The notes: generated from the letters alone by a model not told the origin. Positions 10,653 through 21,180 are shown, counted from the first letter of the stretch. The stretch is DNA of 64,000 bases from an uncultured delta proteobacterium (GCA_963785725.1 CAWAWS010000039.1:576001-640000); one strand, 5' to 3'. Program-made: numbers and translations.

Positions 10653-12542
10653 ATGGAGCCGCTCGCGGTCTGGACGCTCGTCGCGGCGGCGGTCGCGGCG
10701 CTGCTGCGCCGATCGCGCTCGCCGGCCAGCCTGCTCGTCGCCGCCGCCCTCGTCGCCGCGACCGCCGCCGGCCAGGCGCGGGTCGCCGCCCGTCGCGCCG
10801 TCGCCGCCGAGCGCAACGCGCAGCTCACCGCCACGGTCCCGCAAGCGCGCGCCGACGCCGCGCGCGGCTACGTCACGTCCGACGCCTGCGCCGCCTGCCA
10901 CCCGAGCGAATACGCCAGCTGGCACCGCAGCTACCACCGCACGATGACCCAGCCCGCCAGCGCGCACGCGACCTTGGCGCCCTTCGCCGGCGAGACGCTC
11001 ACCGCCGACGACGGCCGCCGTTACCGACTGCAGCGCCGCGGCGACGACTTGTGGGCCGACATCGCGGCCGGCAGCGGCGTCGTCAGTCGCCGGCTCGGCC
11101 TCATGACCGGCTCGCACCACATGCAGGCCTATTGGCTACCCGGCGACGAAGGCAACGAACAGATCGAATTTCCCTTCACCTACCTATTGGACGATCGGCG
11201 TTGGGTCTCGCGCCGCGACGTCTTCTTGGTCGGCCAGGACTATTCGAAGGCGCCCTCGCAGTGGAATCGCATCTGCATCGAATGCCACGTCACCGGCGGT
11301 CAGCCGCGCATCGATCGCGTCAGCGACGTGCCGGCCAGCCGCGCCGTCGAGCTCGGCATCGCCTGCGAAGCCTGCCACGGTCCCGCGTCCGCGCACGTGA
11401 GCGCCAATCGCAATCCCTGGCGCCGCTTGCGCTTGCATACGAGCGGCGCCGCCGACGACACGATCGTCAATCCGGCGCGCCTGCCGCCGGCGCGCCTGTC
11501 GGAAGTGTGCGGTCAATGTCACGGCATCGGCTGCCCGCCGCAAGAATGGACGCAAGACGGGATCGCTTATCGTCCCGGGCAAACGCTGAAGGACACGAAG
11601 CCCATTCTACAGCTGGCGACCCTGGCGCAGAGCAACTGCCGGCGACAAATTGCCGCAGACGCCACGTTCGGCAGCAGTCGCTATTGGAGTGACGGCATGG
11701 TCCGCGTCTCTGGCCGCGAGTACAACGGCTTGATCGGCTCGCCCTGTTATCAGCGCGGCAAGTTGTCCTGCATCTCCTGCCATTCGATGCACGATAGCGA
11801 TCCCGATAAGCAGCTCATTGCCGAGCTCGACGGCAATCTGGCGTGCACGCAATGTCACCGCGATAAGGCGGCCAACGTCTCCGCGCATACGCACCATCGC
11901 GCCGATTCGTCGGGATCGTCGTGTTACAACTGCCATATGCCGCACACGACGTATGGCCTCCTGCGCGCCATGCGGAGCCATCAGATCAGCGTGCCGCGCG
12001 TGCAGGCGACGCTGGCGACGGGACGGCCGAACGCCTGCAACGGCTGCCATCTCGACCGCTCGCTCGGCTGGACCGCCAACGCGCTGCAGCGCTGGTACGG
12101 CGCGCCGTTACCGTCGCTGACGGCCGAGCAGCAGACATTGTCGCAGACGCTGCTCGACGTCGCGCGCGGCGAGCCGGGCGTGCGCGCGCTGGCGGCGTGG
12201 AGCCTCGGCTGGGACGCGGCGCGCGCGGCCTCGCCCGGCGATTGGATGGCGCCGCTGTTGATCGAGCTGCTCGACGACGAGTATTCCGCCGTCCGTTATA
12301 ACGCTTATCGTTCGCTGCGAAAAATAACCGGTTTCGCCGACTTCGAATATGACTACGTCGCGCCCGAGGAGGCGCGTTGGCAGGCGCAAGCGTCGGCGCG
12401 CCAACGCCTGTCGCGCCCGGCGAATCCGCCGGCCAATCGCCCGGAGCTGCTCTTCTCCGTCGACGGCCACTTTCAGCGCGGCGAGCTCGAGCGCCTCATG
12501 TCCGAACGCCCCGAAGACGACGAAATGTTCCTCGCCGAATGA
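10653..12542 (+). CDS. multiheme c-type cytochrome (8 CxxCH) with C-terminal HEAT-like region
   Basis: CAACH, CIECH, CEACH, CGQCH, CISCH, CTQCH, CYNCH, CNGCH; N-terminal hydrophobic anchor. Confidence 0.88.
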   Translation: MEPLAVWTLVAAAVAALLRRSRSPASLLVAAALVAATAAGQARVAARRAVAAERNAQLTATVPQARADAARGYVTSDACAACHPSEYASWHRSYHRTMTQPASAHATLAPFAGETLTADDGRRYRLQRRGDDLWADIAAGSGVVSRRLGLMTGSHHMQAYWLPGDEGNEQIEFPFTYLLDDRRWVSRRDVFLVGQDYSKAPSQWNRICIECHVTGGQPRIDRVSDVPASRAVELGIACEACHGPASAHVSANRNPWRRLRLHTSGAADDTIVNPARLPPARLSEVCGQCHGIGCPPQEWTQDGIAYRPGQTLKDTKPILQLATLAQSNCRRQIAADATFGSSRYWSDGMVRVSGREYNGLIGSPCYQRGKLSCISCHSMHDSDPDKQLIAELDGNLACTQCHRDKAANVSAHTHHRADSSGSSCYNCHMPHTTYGLLRAMRSHQISVPRVQATLATGRPNACNGCHLDRSLGWTANALQRWYGAPLPSLTAEQQTLSQTLLDVARGEPGVRALAAWSLGWDAARAASPGDWMAPLLIELLDDEYSAVRYNAYRSLRKITGFADFEYDYVAPEEARWQAQASARQRLSRPANPPANRPELLFSVDGHFQRGELERLMSERPEDDEMFLAE

Positions 12543-12563
12543 CCCGCGCCCCGAAATACCGCG

Positions 12564-13034
12564 ATGAATAGCGTGCCGGCCGCGAACGATCGGAGCGCGT
12601 CCGATCGGCGTCTGCAGCTGCGTCATCTGCGCGCCGGCTGCTTGACGCTCTTCTTCTTCGCGACCTTGGGCACGCTGCTCGAGCTGCTGCATGCGCTCAA
12701 GCTGCCGTGGTATCTCGGCGTCGCCAGCGAGACCCGCCGCTTCATGTGGACGCTGGCGCACGCGCATGGCGCCGGCCTCGGCCTCTTGAACCTGGCACTG
12801 GCGGCGGTCTGTCCGCTGTTGCCGCGCCCGCTGCCGGCCTCGGCATCGACGGCGCTGGTGGCCGGCACGATCTTGGTGCCGGGCGGCTTTCTCGTCGGCG
12901 GCTGCTTCGTCCACGGCGGCGACCCGGGCTTGGGCGCCAGCTTGATTCCGCCGGGCGCGCTGCTCGTCATTTACGCGCTGGCGCAGGCCACGCGCGCGGC
13001 GCTCGCTCGCCGCCCGCCGGACGCGACGAAGTAA
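12564..13034 (+). CDS. 4-TM membrane protein
   Basis: Hydrophobic segments, LAHAHG motif; directly follows the cytochrome gene. Confidence 0.7.
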   Translation: MNSVPAANDRSASDRRLQLRHLRAGCLTLFFFATLGTLLELLHALKLPWYLGVASETRRFMWTLAHAHGAGLGLLNLALAAVCPLLPRPLPASASTALVAGTILVPGGFLVGGCFVHGGDPGLGASLIPPGALLVIYALAQATRAALARRPPDATK

Positions 13035-13123
13035 ACAGTGTCGTCTAGCTGCAGCCGATAATGATCCGTCGCTGGTGCGATCGGTTACAGGGCGGCGCGC
13101 AGGATCGTGATATCCGTCAGAGA

Positions 13124-15691
13124 ATGCGTCGCGCGTCGGCTCTCGTGTCGTTGGCCGTGATGGCCGCGTGGTCGGCGCCGGCGGTCGCTTCCGATCGGCC
13201 GCGTCCGGGCCAGCCCGGCAGCTACGCGACCTATGCGCAGGTCATCGACGACGCCCGCGACCGCGCGCTAAAACAGGTGCTCGCCGTCTACGACGCGGCC
13301 GTGGCGCGCAATCCCAGCGACGACATCGCCGCCGTCGAGCGCTGCCGCCTGCTCGAGGCCGTGCTCGGCCGCGACGAAGAGGACGCGCCGCCGAACGACC
13401 CGCGGCAGGCTTGCCGCGACGGGCTCATCGCGCGCTATCCGCGTTCGCCGAGCGCGCTCTTTTTTCGGCTGGAGCGCGCCTACGGCAAAGAGAGGGTCGA
13501 CCTCCTGACCGACGCGTTGCAGCGGCGCGACATCGACTGGTCCGACAGCGAGCGCGCCGAGCTGCACCGCGAGCTGGCGGTCGCCTACGAGGCGCAGAAG
13601 AACGCCAAAGGCGCCGTCGCCGAGGCGCACTTGGCGTTGGCGATCGATCCCACGATCGATCTGTCGCTCATCATCGGCCGCGAGCTGCTGGCGCAAGGTC
13701 GCACGACGGAGGCGATCGTGCAGCTGTCGCGGCCCGCGTCGTCGCCGAACGCCGGCCATCTCCGCGGCGAGCGCGCGCGGCTGCTTGGTGAGGCGGGCGC
13801 GCCGCTGCGTGGCCTCGCGCTCCTCGAGCCCAGCCACATCGCGTGGCCGCAGTTGGGCCTGCTCTACGAACAGGCGGGCAAGCTCGACCAAGCCGACGCC
13901 GCCTATGCGCAGCTGCCCGAGTCGCCGCGGCACACGGCGTTGGCGCGCGTCGTCCAAAAGGCGCTCGCCGGCAGCGACCCCGGCGCCGCCGATCGCGCCT
14001 ACCAAACGCTGCGCGACATGGGCTGGCGCGCCGATCCTTACGGCGGCTATCGCTTGGCGCTGGCGCGGCGTTTCCCGTCGCTGCCTTGGCGCCGGCGCGA
14101 CGCCGCCGGAGTCGCCGTCTTCCTGTTGGCGATCGTCGCGTTCTTCCTCGCGCCGGCGCTGTGGGTGGTGCCGCTGCACCATTGGTCGCTGTGGCGGCGC
14201 TTGCGGCACACGATGCGCTTGCCGCCGCCGACGCTGGTCACGCGCTGGCGCCTCACGCAGCTGTGGCTCGGCTGCGCGGCGCTGCTGGTCGCGCAGCTCG
14301 TCAGCTACGTCGTCTTCAACTACGCCGATGCCACCGCGCAATGGTGGCGCAGCGCCAACGAGAAGCTGCCGCACGTCACGCAAGAGGTCGCCCGCCTCGG
14401 CCTCAGCGTCGTCTTGGGCGAGGTGGCGCTGCTCGTCTTGCTCGTCGTGCGCCGTCGCGATCTGCGGCTCTTCGGCCCCGGTCGCTGGACGGTGCGCAAG
14501 AGCGTGTCGCGCGCGGCGCTGACCGTCCTCGCCTTCTTCACGATCGCGCTCTTGTGGCTGCTGCTCGTGCGCTGGCGCGGCGCCGCCAGCCCGGCGACGC
14601 TGACGATCGAAGAGCTGGTGCTGGCCCTACGCCAAACCTACGGCCTCGCAGTCGTCGTCCTCCTCATCGTCGTCTTGGGCCCGATCGCCGAGGAGCTCGT
14701 CTTCCGCTCGCTGCTCCTCGACGTGCTGGCGCGCTCGATGCCGTTTTGGGTGGCCAATGCGCTGCAAGCGCTGGTGTTCGCCGCGGCCCACGGCGAGCCG
14801 AAGAAGATGATCTATCTCTTCGGCGTCGGCCTCTTGTGTGGCCTTCTGCGCGCGCGTTCGGGCGGCCTTTTGGCGAGCATCACGTTCCATATGCTCAACA
14901 ACTTGTTCGCCACGATCGCGGCGCTCAACAGCGTCGCCGCGCCCGCGGTCGCGCCGGTGGCGGCGTCGCCGTCTCCGCTCATGACGATGAGCGCCGAGCT
15001 GCAGGCCTGCGTCGACGGCGCGCCCGAGGTCAAGGACGCCAAGCCGCAGACCGCGTTTCCGCCGCCGGTCGTGCTCAACAACGCCGCCTGGCGCATCGCG
15101 CTCGATCCGCAGGCGTCACCGACCTGCTTGCGCGACGCGCTCGACGCCATCGACCGCGCGCTCACCGAGCTGCCCGAACGCGCCGGGCTGCTCGACACCG
15201 AAGCGACCGTGCTCTATCGCCAAGATCGCCTCGATGAAGCGATCGACTTGGAGCGCCTGACGATCGAGCGTTTCAAGGGCAGCGCCGTCCATTACGCGCA
15301 GCTCGGCCGCTTCTTGAGCGCGCGCCGCGAACGCTCGGGCCCGCTCGCGTTCGGCGCCGGCGCGGCCAAAGACGTGCACATCGGCATCGTCGACGTCAGC
15401 GGCGGCCAAGCCTTGCAAGTCGACCTCGGCGCCGGCTTTCCCGACGGCGTCACGCTCTATTATCGCGTCATCGGCGACCACGACCAGCCGAGCCTCTTGC
15501 GCGTGCAGATCGGCCCGCCCACGCAGCGCTCGTTCCGCCTCGAGCCCGATCACGCCGCGCTGCAGCTCGACGCCAAGAAGGTCCGCTTCGAGCTCTTGCT
15601 CATCGACAGCCGCGGCTGCGAAGGCTGCGGGCCTGGTTATTGGTACTGGACGCTGCAATTCCCCAACAAAACCGTCGCCGGCTATCCGTAA
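13124..15691 (+). CDS. CPBP (CAAX/Abi) intramembrane metalloprotease fused to TPR-like regions
   Basis: EELVFR, FAAAH and FHMLNN motifs in a TM block; signal peptide; helical repeats on both sides. Confidence 0.8.
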   Translation: MRRASALVSLAVMAAWSAPAVASDRPRPGQPGSYATYAQVIDDARDRALKQVLAVYDAAVARNPSDDIAAVERCRLLEAVLGRDEEDAPPNDPRQACRDGLIARYPRSPSALFFRLERAYGKERVDLLTDALQRRDIDWSDSERAELHRELAVAYEAQKNAKGAVAEAHLALAIDPTIDLSLIIGRELLAQGRTTEAIVQLSRPASSPNAGHLRGERARLLGEAGAPLRGLALLEPSHIAWPQLGLLYEQAGKLDQADAAYAQLPESPRHTALARVVQKALAGSDPGAADRAYQTLRDMGWRADPYGGYRLALARRFPSLPWRRRDAAGVAVFLLAIVAFFLAPALWVVPLHHWSLWRRLRHTMRLPPPTLVTRWRLTQLWLGCAALLVAQLVSYVVFNYADATAQWWRSANEKLPHVTQEVARLGLSVVLGEVALLVLLVVRRRDLRLFGPGRWTVRKSVSRAALTVLAFFTIALLWLLLVRWRGAASPATLTIEELVLALRQTYGLAVVVLLIVVLGPIAEELVFRSLLLDVLARSMPFWVANALQALVFAAAHGEPKKMIYLFGVGLLCGLLRARSGGLLASITFHMLNNLFATIAALNSVAAPAVAPVAASPSPLMTMSAELQACVDGAPEVKDAKPQTAFPPPVVLNNAAWRIALDPQASPTCLRDALDAIDRALTELPERAGLLDTEATVLYRQDRLDEAIDLERLTIERFKGSAVHYAQLGRFLSARRERSGPLAFGAGAAKDVHIGIVDVSGGQALQVDLGAGFPDGVTLYYRVIGDHDQPSLLRVQIGPPTQRSFRLEPDHAALQLDAKKVRFELLLIDSRGCEGCGPGYWYWTLQFPNKTVAGYP

Positions 15692-15800
15692 CAAACTAAT
15701 TTCATACAGACTTCATTCGACAAGCGGAACGGGGATTGGGTATCGTCGGCGAACTTGGCCTTCGATCGTCAACGCTACCCATCCTGAACGGAGCATTTCA

Positions 15801-16859
15801 GTGCGTATCAGCTCCCGCATCTATCCGCTCGTGTTGTCCGCCGTCTTCGCCAGCGCCTGCGCTGACGACGGCAAGAAGACGCCCATCACCGACGCCAACT
15901 ACATCACCTGTCCGGCGCCGGGCGAGCTGCCGTTTCGCATGCAATCGACCGGCTTTCAGGTGCCCGCCAACGCCGTCACCGTGATGCTGAACCCGCGCGA
16001 CAAAGACTCGTCCTCGGACACGCTCGGCAATCCCGGCGGCGGCGCCATCGCCAACGTCTTCATCAACGACAAGACCGCGCCGGCGCCGGGCAACCTCGAG
16101 TTCACCGGCTTCAAGCAGCGCACCTTGCCCAACCAAGGCTTCTTCGACAACGCGCTGCCCAACGAGTGGGTCAGCATGTGGACCTACGACGGCACGGCGT
16201 GGGAGCAGATCGGCCGCGTCCAGACCATCGACACCGGCGCCTTCGACGTCACCACCAACGGCTACGCGGGCAACAACTTCCAGCCCATCTACAACATGCT
16301 CGAGGCCGACGGCAGCTGTACCATCAGCTGGAACTACCTCTACGCCGCCGGCACCCAGTTCGTCGTCTTCGACATCGACGGCACCTTGACCTTGAGCGAC
16401 GAGGAGTTCCTCGATCAGCTCGCCGACGAGACCTACGTTCCGAAGCTGATGGGCGGCGCCGTCCAGCTGGTGCAAGCGTGGGTCAAGAAGGGATACCACC
16501 CGATCTACCTGACCGCGCGCGCGCACGACTTCCGCTTCGACACGCGCGCCTGGCTCGACCTCGAGGGCTTCCCGCGCGGCGCCATCATCACGTCGGTCCC
16601 CGGCGACAGCGCGCAGCCGTTCAAGACGTTGTGGATGAAGCGCATGACCGCCACGTTCGGCTGGGACTTCGTGGCCGCCTACGGCAACATGGACACCGAC
16701 ATCGGCGCCTACCAAGCCGTCAACATCCCGAACTCGGAGTTGTTCATCGTCGGTCCTTACGGCGGCGACTTGGGCAGCACGCCCATCCTCAACATGGATT
16801 ACACCGATCACATCAACACGTACGTCGCCGCGCAGCCCAACGCGCCCGCCAAGAACTAA
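15801..16859 (+). CDS. lipoprotein with LNS2 (lipin/PITP-type) HAD phosphatase domain
   Basis: ASAC lipobox; VVFDIDGTLT, YLTAR and AYGN.DTDI.AY motifs. Confidence 0.8.
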   Translation: MRISSRIYPLVLSAVFASACADDGKKTPITDANYITCPAPGELPFRMQSTGFQVPANAVTVMLNPRDKDSSSDTLGNPGGGAIANVFINDKTAPAPGNLEFTGFKQRTLPNQGFFDNALPNEWVSMWTYDGTAWEQIGRVQTIDTGAFDVTTNGYAGNNFQPIYNMLEADGSCTISWNYLYAAGTQFVVFDIDGTLTLSDEEFLDQLADETYVPKLMGGAVQLVQAWVKKGYHPIYLTARAHDFRFDTRAWLDLEGFPRGAIITSVPGDSAQPFKTLWMKRMTATFGWDFVAAYGNMDTDIGAYQAVNIPNSELFIVGPYGGDLGSTPILNMDYTDHINTYVAAQPNAPAKN

Positions 16860-16888
16860 TCTAAGCATATTTAGATCAACATATTTAA

Positions 16889-18352
16889 TCAGTAGAGCCA
16901 GTCGGTGAGGCGGGCGTCGACCTCGAAGCCGGCCAGGAATCGCGCGCCGGCGCCGTCGCCGGGCAGCCGGCCGACGCCGACGAAGCCGCGCAGCCACGGC
17001 ACGACCGACGCCGTGTAGCCGAGCGCGCCGTAGCCGCCGACGTGGCCGTCGCGCGGATCGACGAGCAGCGTGCCGTCGACGTGGTAGCCGCCGACCCAAC
17101 GCCACACGAGCTCGAGCCGCGCCGTCGCGCGCAAGTAGGCGAAGGACGCGCCGCGCGGGCCGTCGCGCAGCGCGGCGCCGGCGGTCAAGACAACGCGCCC
17201 GGCTTCGACGGGATAGCGCGGGTCGACGCCGCCGCGCGCGATGCCGGCGTTGAGCGAGAGATCGCGGCGGCCGTCGAGCGTAAACAGCGTGTTGAAGCCG
17301 GCGATGGGAAACAGCTCGCGGCTCGGCTGCCACACGCGGTCGCCGGGCTGCCGCGCGGCGCCGGCGGCGACGACGGTGACGGCCTGCGGGCGCGTCGGCT
17401 CGGCGGCGGCGTCGGCGGGCAGCGCGCGCAAGTGGGCGTCGATGGCCGCGGCGACGACGGCGAGCGCGGTCAGCGGCACGAGATGGCCGGTGCCGTGCAC
17501 GACGCGCGTCGTGACGGCGACGACGCGGGCGAGCCGCGCCGCCGCCAGCGCGTCGACGCTGGGTGGCACGATGTCGTCGGCGTCGCCCCACACGAGCAGC
17601 GTCGGCGCGCGCACGTGGTCGAGCGCGGCGCTGTTGACGCGCAGCTGCGCCGGCGCCAGAAATGCGCGGTAGTAGCCGACGATGGCGTCGCGGCGGCGGC
17701 AATCGCTCCAATCGGCGGCGATGAGCGCGAGGTCGAGCGGGTCGATCGCCTGACCGCCGTGGGCGACGCGGCGCAGGCCGAGGCCGATGCCGGAGTAGGG
17801 GCCGGCCAGCAGCAGGAACGGCGGCCACAGCGCGTCGAACAGCAGCAAGCGCTCGCCGCGGTTGAGGTCGAGTTCGGCGAGCGGCGCGGCCACGAGCACG
17901 AGGGCTTCCACGCGCGTCCCCAGCTGCGCCGCGAGCCGCGCGGCCATGGCGCCGCCGAGCGAGTGGCCGGCGAGGACGACGCGACCGCCGGGCGCGACGG
18001 CGTCGATGACGTCGACAATCGCCGCCAGCGCCGCCGCGGCGTCGAAGTCGCCGGCAAACGGCGCCTCGCCCAATCCCGGCGCGTCGACGAGCACGCGCGC
18101 GCGACAGGCGGCGAGCGCCGCGTTCACGCCCGCCCAGCTATGCTGCGTCAGGCCGAGCGCGGGCAGGAAGACGATCGGCGCGCGCGTGCTGCCGCAGCCC
18201 GCCGGCGGCGGCAGCACGCGGAAACGCGCGGCGATCGGCGCGTGGGGCGCGGCGGCGCGCGCGAGCGGCACGGCGTAGTAGTCGCCTGCGCGCACCGTCG
18301 GCGCGCAGCCGGCGAGCGCCAACAGCGCCAGAGCAGAGCAAGAATGCCTCAT
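16889..18352 (-). CDS. alpha/beta hydrolase lipoprotein with beta-rich C-terminal domain
   Basis: LAGC lipobox; GHSLGG nucleophile elbow; WGDADD and GH catalytic motifs. Confidence 0.8.
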   Translation of the reverse strand: MRHSCSALALLALAGCAPTVRAGDYYAVPLARAAAPHAPIAARFRVLPPPAGCGSTRAPIVFLPALGLTQHSWAGVNAALAACRARVLVDAPGLGEAPFAGDFDAAAALAAIVDVIDAVAPGGRVVLAGHSLGGAMAARLAAQLGTRVEALVLVAAPLAELDLNRGERLLLFDALWPPFLLLAGPYSGIGLGLRRVAHGGQAIDPLDLALIAADWSDCRRRDAIVGYYRAFLAPAQLRVNSAALDHVRAPTLLVWGDADDIVPPSVDALAAARLARVVAVTTRVVHGTGHLVPLTALAVVAAAIDAHLRALPADAAAEPTRPQAVTVVAAGAARQPGDRVWQPSRELFPIAGFNTLFTLDGRRDLSLNAGIARGGVDPRYPVEAGRVVLTAGAALRDGPRGASFAYLRATARLELVWRWVGGYHVDGTLLVDPRDGHVGGYGALGYTASVVPWLRGFVGVGRLPGDGAGARFLAGFEVDARLTDWLY

Positions 18353-18392
18353 GAATTCGCAGACGAGGATATAAGCCGCGGCGGCGCTGGCT

Positions 18393-18555
18393 CTAGGGGC
18401 TGTTCTCAATTGGCGGACCGAGCCAAGCGCCGCGAGGAGCCGCGGCTGCGAGGCGCGAAGAGCGAAGCTACTGGGGGTAACTGAGCGATGAGCAACGAAG
18501 CAGACGCGGCCCGCAGCAAGCTTGGCGACGGGAGCTGATTGAGAACAGCCCCTAG
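18393..18555. mobile_element. MITE/REP-like element, 163 bp
   Basis: Terminal inverted repeat CTAGGGGCTGTTCTCAAT...ATTGAGAACAGCCCCTAG; non-coding; core shared with the elements at 48226 and 52043. Confidence 0.8.
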
Positions 18556-18629
18556 TCGAGCGGACCTCGAGCGCGCGAAGGAGGACGAGCGCGCGAGCTG
18601 CGATTCAGCGGGAAATGGCGAGCGAACGC

Positions 18630-19451
18630 TCAGCCTTTGATGAAGCCGAACAGATCTTCGTTGACCTGATCTTTGAGCGTCGTACACATGCCGTGCGGCG
18701 CGCCTTTGTAGACCTTGAGCGTCGCGTGCTTCACCAGCTTCGCCGACAACAAGGCCGAGTCGGCGATGGGCACGATCTGGTCGTCGTCGCCGTGCAAGAT
18801 CAGCGTCGGCACGGCGATCTTCTTCAGATCCTCGGTCATGTCGGTCTCCGAGAACGCCTTGATGCAGAAGTACGACGCCGGAAAGCCGGCCATCATGCCC
18901 TGCAGCCAGAACGACTCGCGTACGCCTTCGGAGATCTTGGCGTTCGGCCGGTTGTAGCCGTAGAAGGGCAGCGTCAGCTCTTTGAAGAACTGCGCGCGAT
19001 CGGCCTGCACGCTCTTGCGCAGCCCGTCGAAGACCTCCAGCGGCAGGCCGCCCGGATTGGACGCCGTCTTGAGCATGACCGGCGGCACGGCGCCGATGAG
19101 CACGGCCTTGGCGACGCGCTCGTTGCCGTGGCGACCGATGTAGCGCGCGACCTCGCCGCCGCCCGTCGAGTGGCCGACGTGGACGGCCTTCTCGAGACCG
19201 AGGTGCGCGACCAGCTCGGCCAGATCGTCGGCGTAGGTGTCCATGTCGTTGCCGTGCCACGGCTGCGCCGAGCGGCCGTGGCCGCGCCGATCGTGCGCGA
19301 TGCAGCGGAAGCCGCGCGACGCCAAATAGAACATCTGATCTTCGAAGGCGTCGGCGCTGAGCGGCCAGCCGTGGCTGAAGACGACGGGCTGACCTTTGCC
19401 CCAATCGTTGTAATAGAGCTCGGTTCCATCTTTGGTCTTGAACACGCTCAT
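18630..19451 (-). CDS. cpo: non-heme chloroperoxidase/arylesterase
   Basis: [28 protein letters not shown] and GAPHG motifs. Confidence 0.9.
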   Translation of the reverse strand: MSVFKTKDGTELYYNDWGKGQPVVFSHGWPLSADAFEDQMFYLASRGFRCIAHDRRGHGRSAQPWHGNDMDTYADDLAELVAHLGLEKAVHVGHSTGGGEVARYIGRHGNERVAKAVLIGAVPPVMLKTASNPGGLPLEVFDGLRKSVQADRAQFFKELTLPFYGYNRPNAKISEGVRESFWLQGMMAGFPASYFCIKAFSETDMTEDLKKIAVPTLILHGDDDQIVPIADSALLSAKLVKHATLKVYKGAPHGMCTTLKDQVNEDLFGFIKG

Positions 19452-19614
19452 GTTGTTCTCCTGGTTGGAACACGCGGTGCGGACGCGGTCACTGTGGCCG
19501 ATCGCACGCCTCGGCACCAGCTTGCAGATCTGCGGCAACGGGCGGCCGACTCCGTCGCAAATTGGACGTGCGTGCGGCCATTGCGTAGGGCGACGCTGCG
19601 CCGACATTGAGCGG

Positions 19615-19680
19615 ATGCATGATGTCGTGATCGTCGGCGCCGCCGTGGCCGGGCTGAGCGCGGCGGCGCGCGGGCGATAG
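19615..19680 (+). pseudogene. N-terminal remnant of an FAD-dependent oxidoreductase
   Basis: [17 protein letters not shown] (FAD-binding Rossmann start) followed by a stop after 21 codons. Confidence 0.45.
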
Positions 19681-19998
19681 TGGCGTAAAAGCGTCAGGTG
19701 GTGATGTCGGTGCGCCTATGTTCGATCGCGCGCAACCAAGCTCGAATGCTCCCCGATTGTTTCCAATCTCTCGTGAGACCCATTCATGAAATGGCGTTCA
19801 TGCGCTCGCGGCATCGCGCAGTCGAACGACGCCGAATCCACGGGCTTCCGTCGCTGAGCCGCCTTTCGGTTGCAGTGATGCCGATTGTCCGCGCTCCTTT
19901 TGTGCATATCGAAGGTACGTTTACCGTCGAGAAACATGGGCGATTTGCGGTCGATTCTGGTTTACAAGCGATATCGGCTGCGGCTTAAGATTCGCGCC

Positions 19999-20208
19999 AT
20001 GACGCGCCTCATGCTCGTGCTCTGCGTTTCGTCGTTCGGCCTCTCCAGCTTCGCGTACGCGAATGGAAAGCAGCCTTCGAAGTCCTCTCATCGACGTCAT
20101 CGCGACGACACGGCCGACAACGCCAAGGACGAGCCGCCCAAGTCGGAGCAGGCGCAGCTCGCCGACAAGATCGCCAACTGCAAGGACGATCCGATCTGCG
20201 GCATGTGA
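19999..20208 (+). CDS. small secreted hypothetical protein
   Basis: Signal peptide ending AYA; charged body; C-terminal CKDDPICGM. Confidence 0.55.
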   Translation: MTRLMLVLCVSSFGLSSFAYANGKQPSKSSHRRHRDDTADNAKDEPPKSEQAQLADKIANCKDDPICGM

Positions 20209-20332
20209 TCTCGGGCGCGCCGCAAGTGCGCGGCATCACTTTGTAAGTTAGCGAAAGTAGTCGGTAAAATTAAATAATTCGATCAGCTGCGGAAGAATCG
20301 CGCTTGCGGTCGTTACATGGCCAAGGCGCAAA

Positions 20333-20923
20333 ATGTACAAGCTGATCGCGATCACGTTCTTATTGGGCGGCTGTGTTTCGCAGCCGCTGTCCAGCACTGA
20401 CCCCGTCGTCGACTTGGCTCCGCCGCTCGTGCCGCCGCAGCCGGGCGTGTACGACGTCAGCGTCGCCGCGGCGACGGGCGACTGCGAGCCGGCGACGGTG
20501 AGCGGCCCGCTCGCGCCGCTGCAGCAGCTCATCGACGTCGACGCCGATCACGGGCTGCGCGTGCAGATGCCCGACGTCGTCGTCGGCAAAGACGCGCTCT
20601 TCGCGACGCGCGCGCTCGATGGCTATCATTGGCAAGAGGCGACCACGCGCTGCGGCGCGCAGGTCACGTACGACGTCACGGCCATCGCGGTCGCGGCCGA
20701 CGCGCTGACGCTCGTGCGCAGCGAGCTGTGGAGCGACACGGCGGCGGCCAGCGCCGGCGCCGACGGCACGTGCGACTACGTGCCGGCGCACGACTGCGGC
20801 AGCAGCGTCACCATTCGCTACCAGCTCGCCGAGCCGTGCGCGCCGCCGTGCGCGCTCACGGTCGCCGACGCGCCGGGGGCCAACGGCTATCCGGCCGTCA
20901 GCTGCGTCTGCGGCGCGCAGTGA
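20333..20923 (+). CDS. Cys-containing lipoprotein, hypothetical
   Basis: LLGGC lipobox; high-GC3 codon pattern. Confidence 0.7.
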   Translation: MYKLIAITFLLGGCVSQPLSSTDPVVDLAPPLVPPQPGVYDVSVAAATGDCEPATVSGPLAPLQQLIDVDADHGLRVQMPDVVVGKDALFATRALDGYHWQEATTRCGAQVTYDVTAIAVAADALTLVRSELWSDTAAASAGADGTCDYVPAHDCGSSVTIRYQLAEPCAPPCALTVADAPGANGYPAVSCVCGAQ

Positions 20924-21180
20924 GCCGCGCCATTTGATCGCGGCGTGCCGGCGATTACAATCGCCGCATATCCAACACTGATAAGCATCACGGCAGCTGT
21001 CATTGCGGCAAAGTCCGCGACGCAGACGCTCGCGGTCCAACAGACGACGCCAAGCTGTAGCCAAGCTCGGCGTTGCCCAGCGCGATTGCGGTCAAGGCTT
21101 TTAGTTTTCGCGCGACATGAATCGATATCGGTAGCGACCGCGGCTCGTCGTCGGCCGGGCATCTGCTACGATGACGGACG

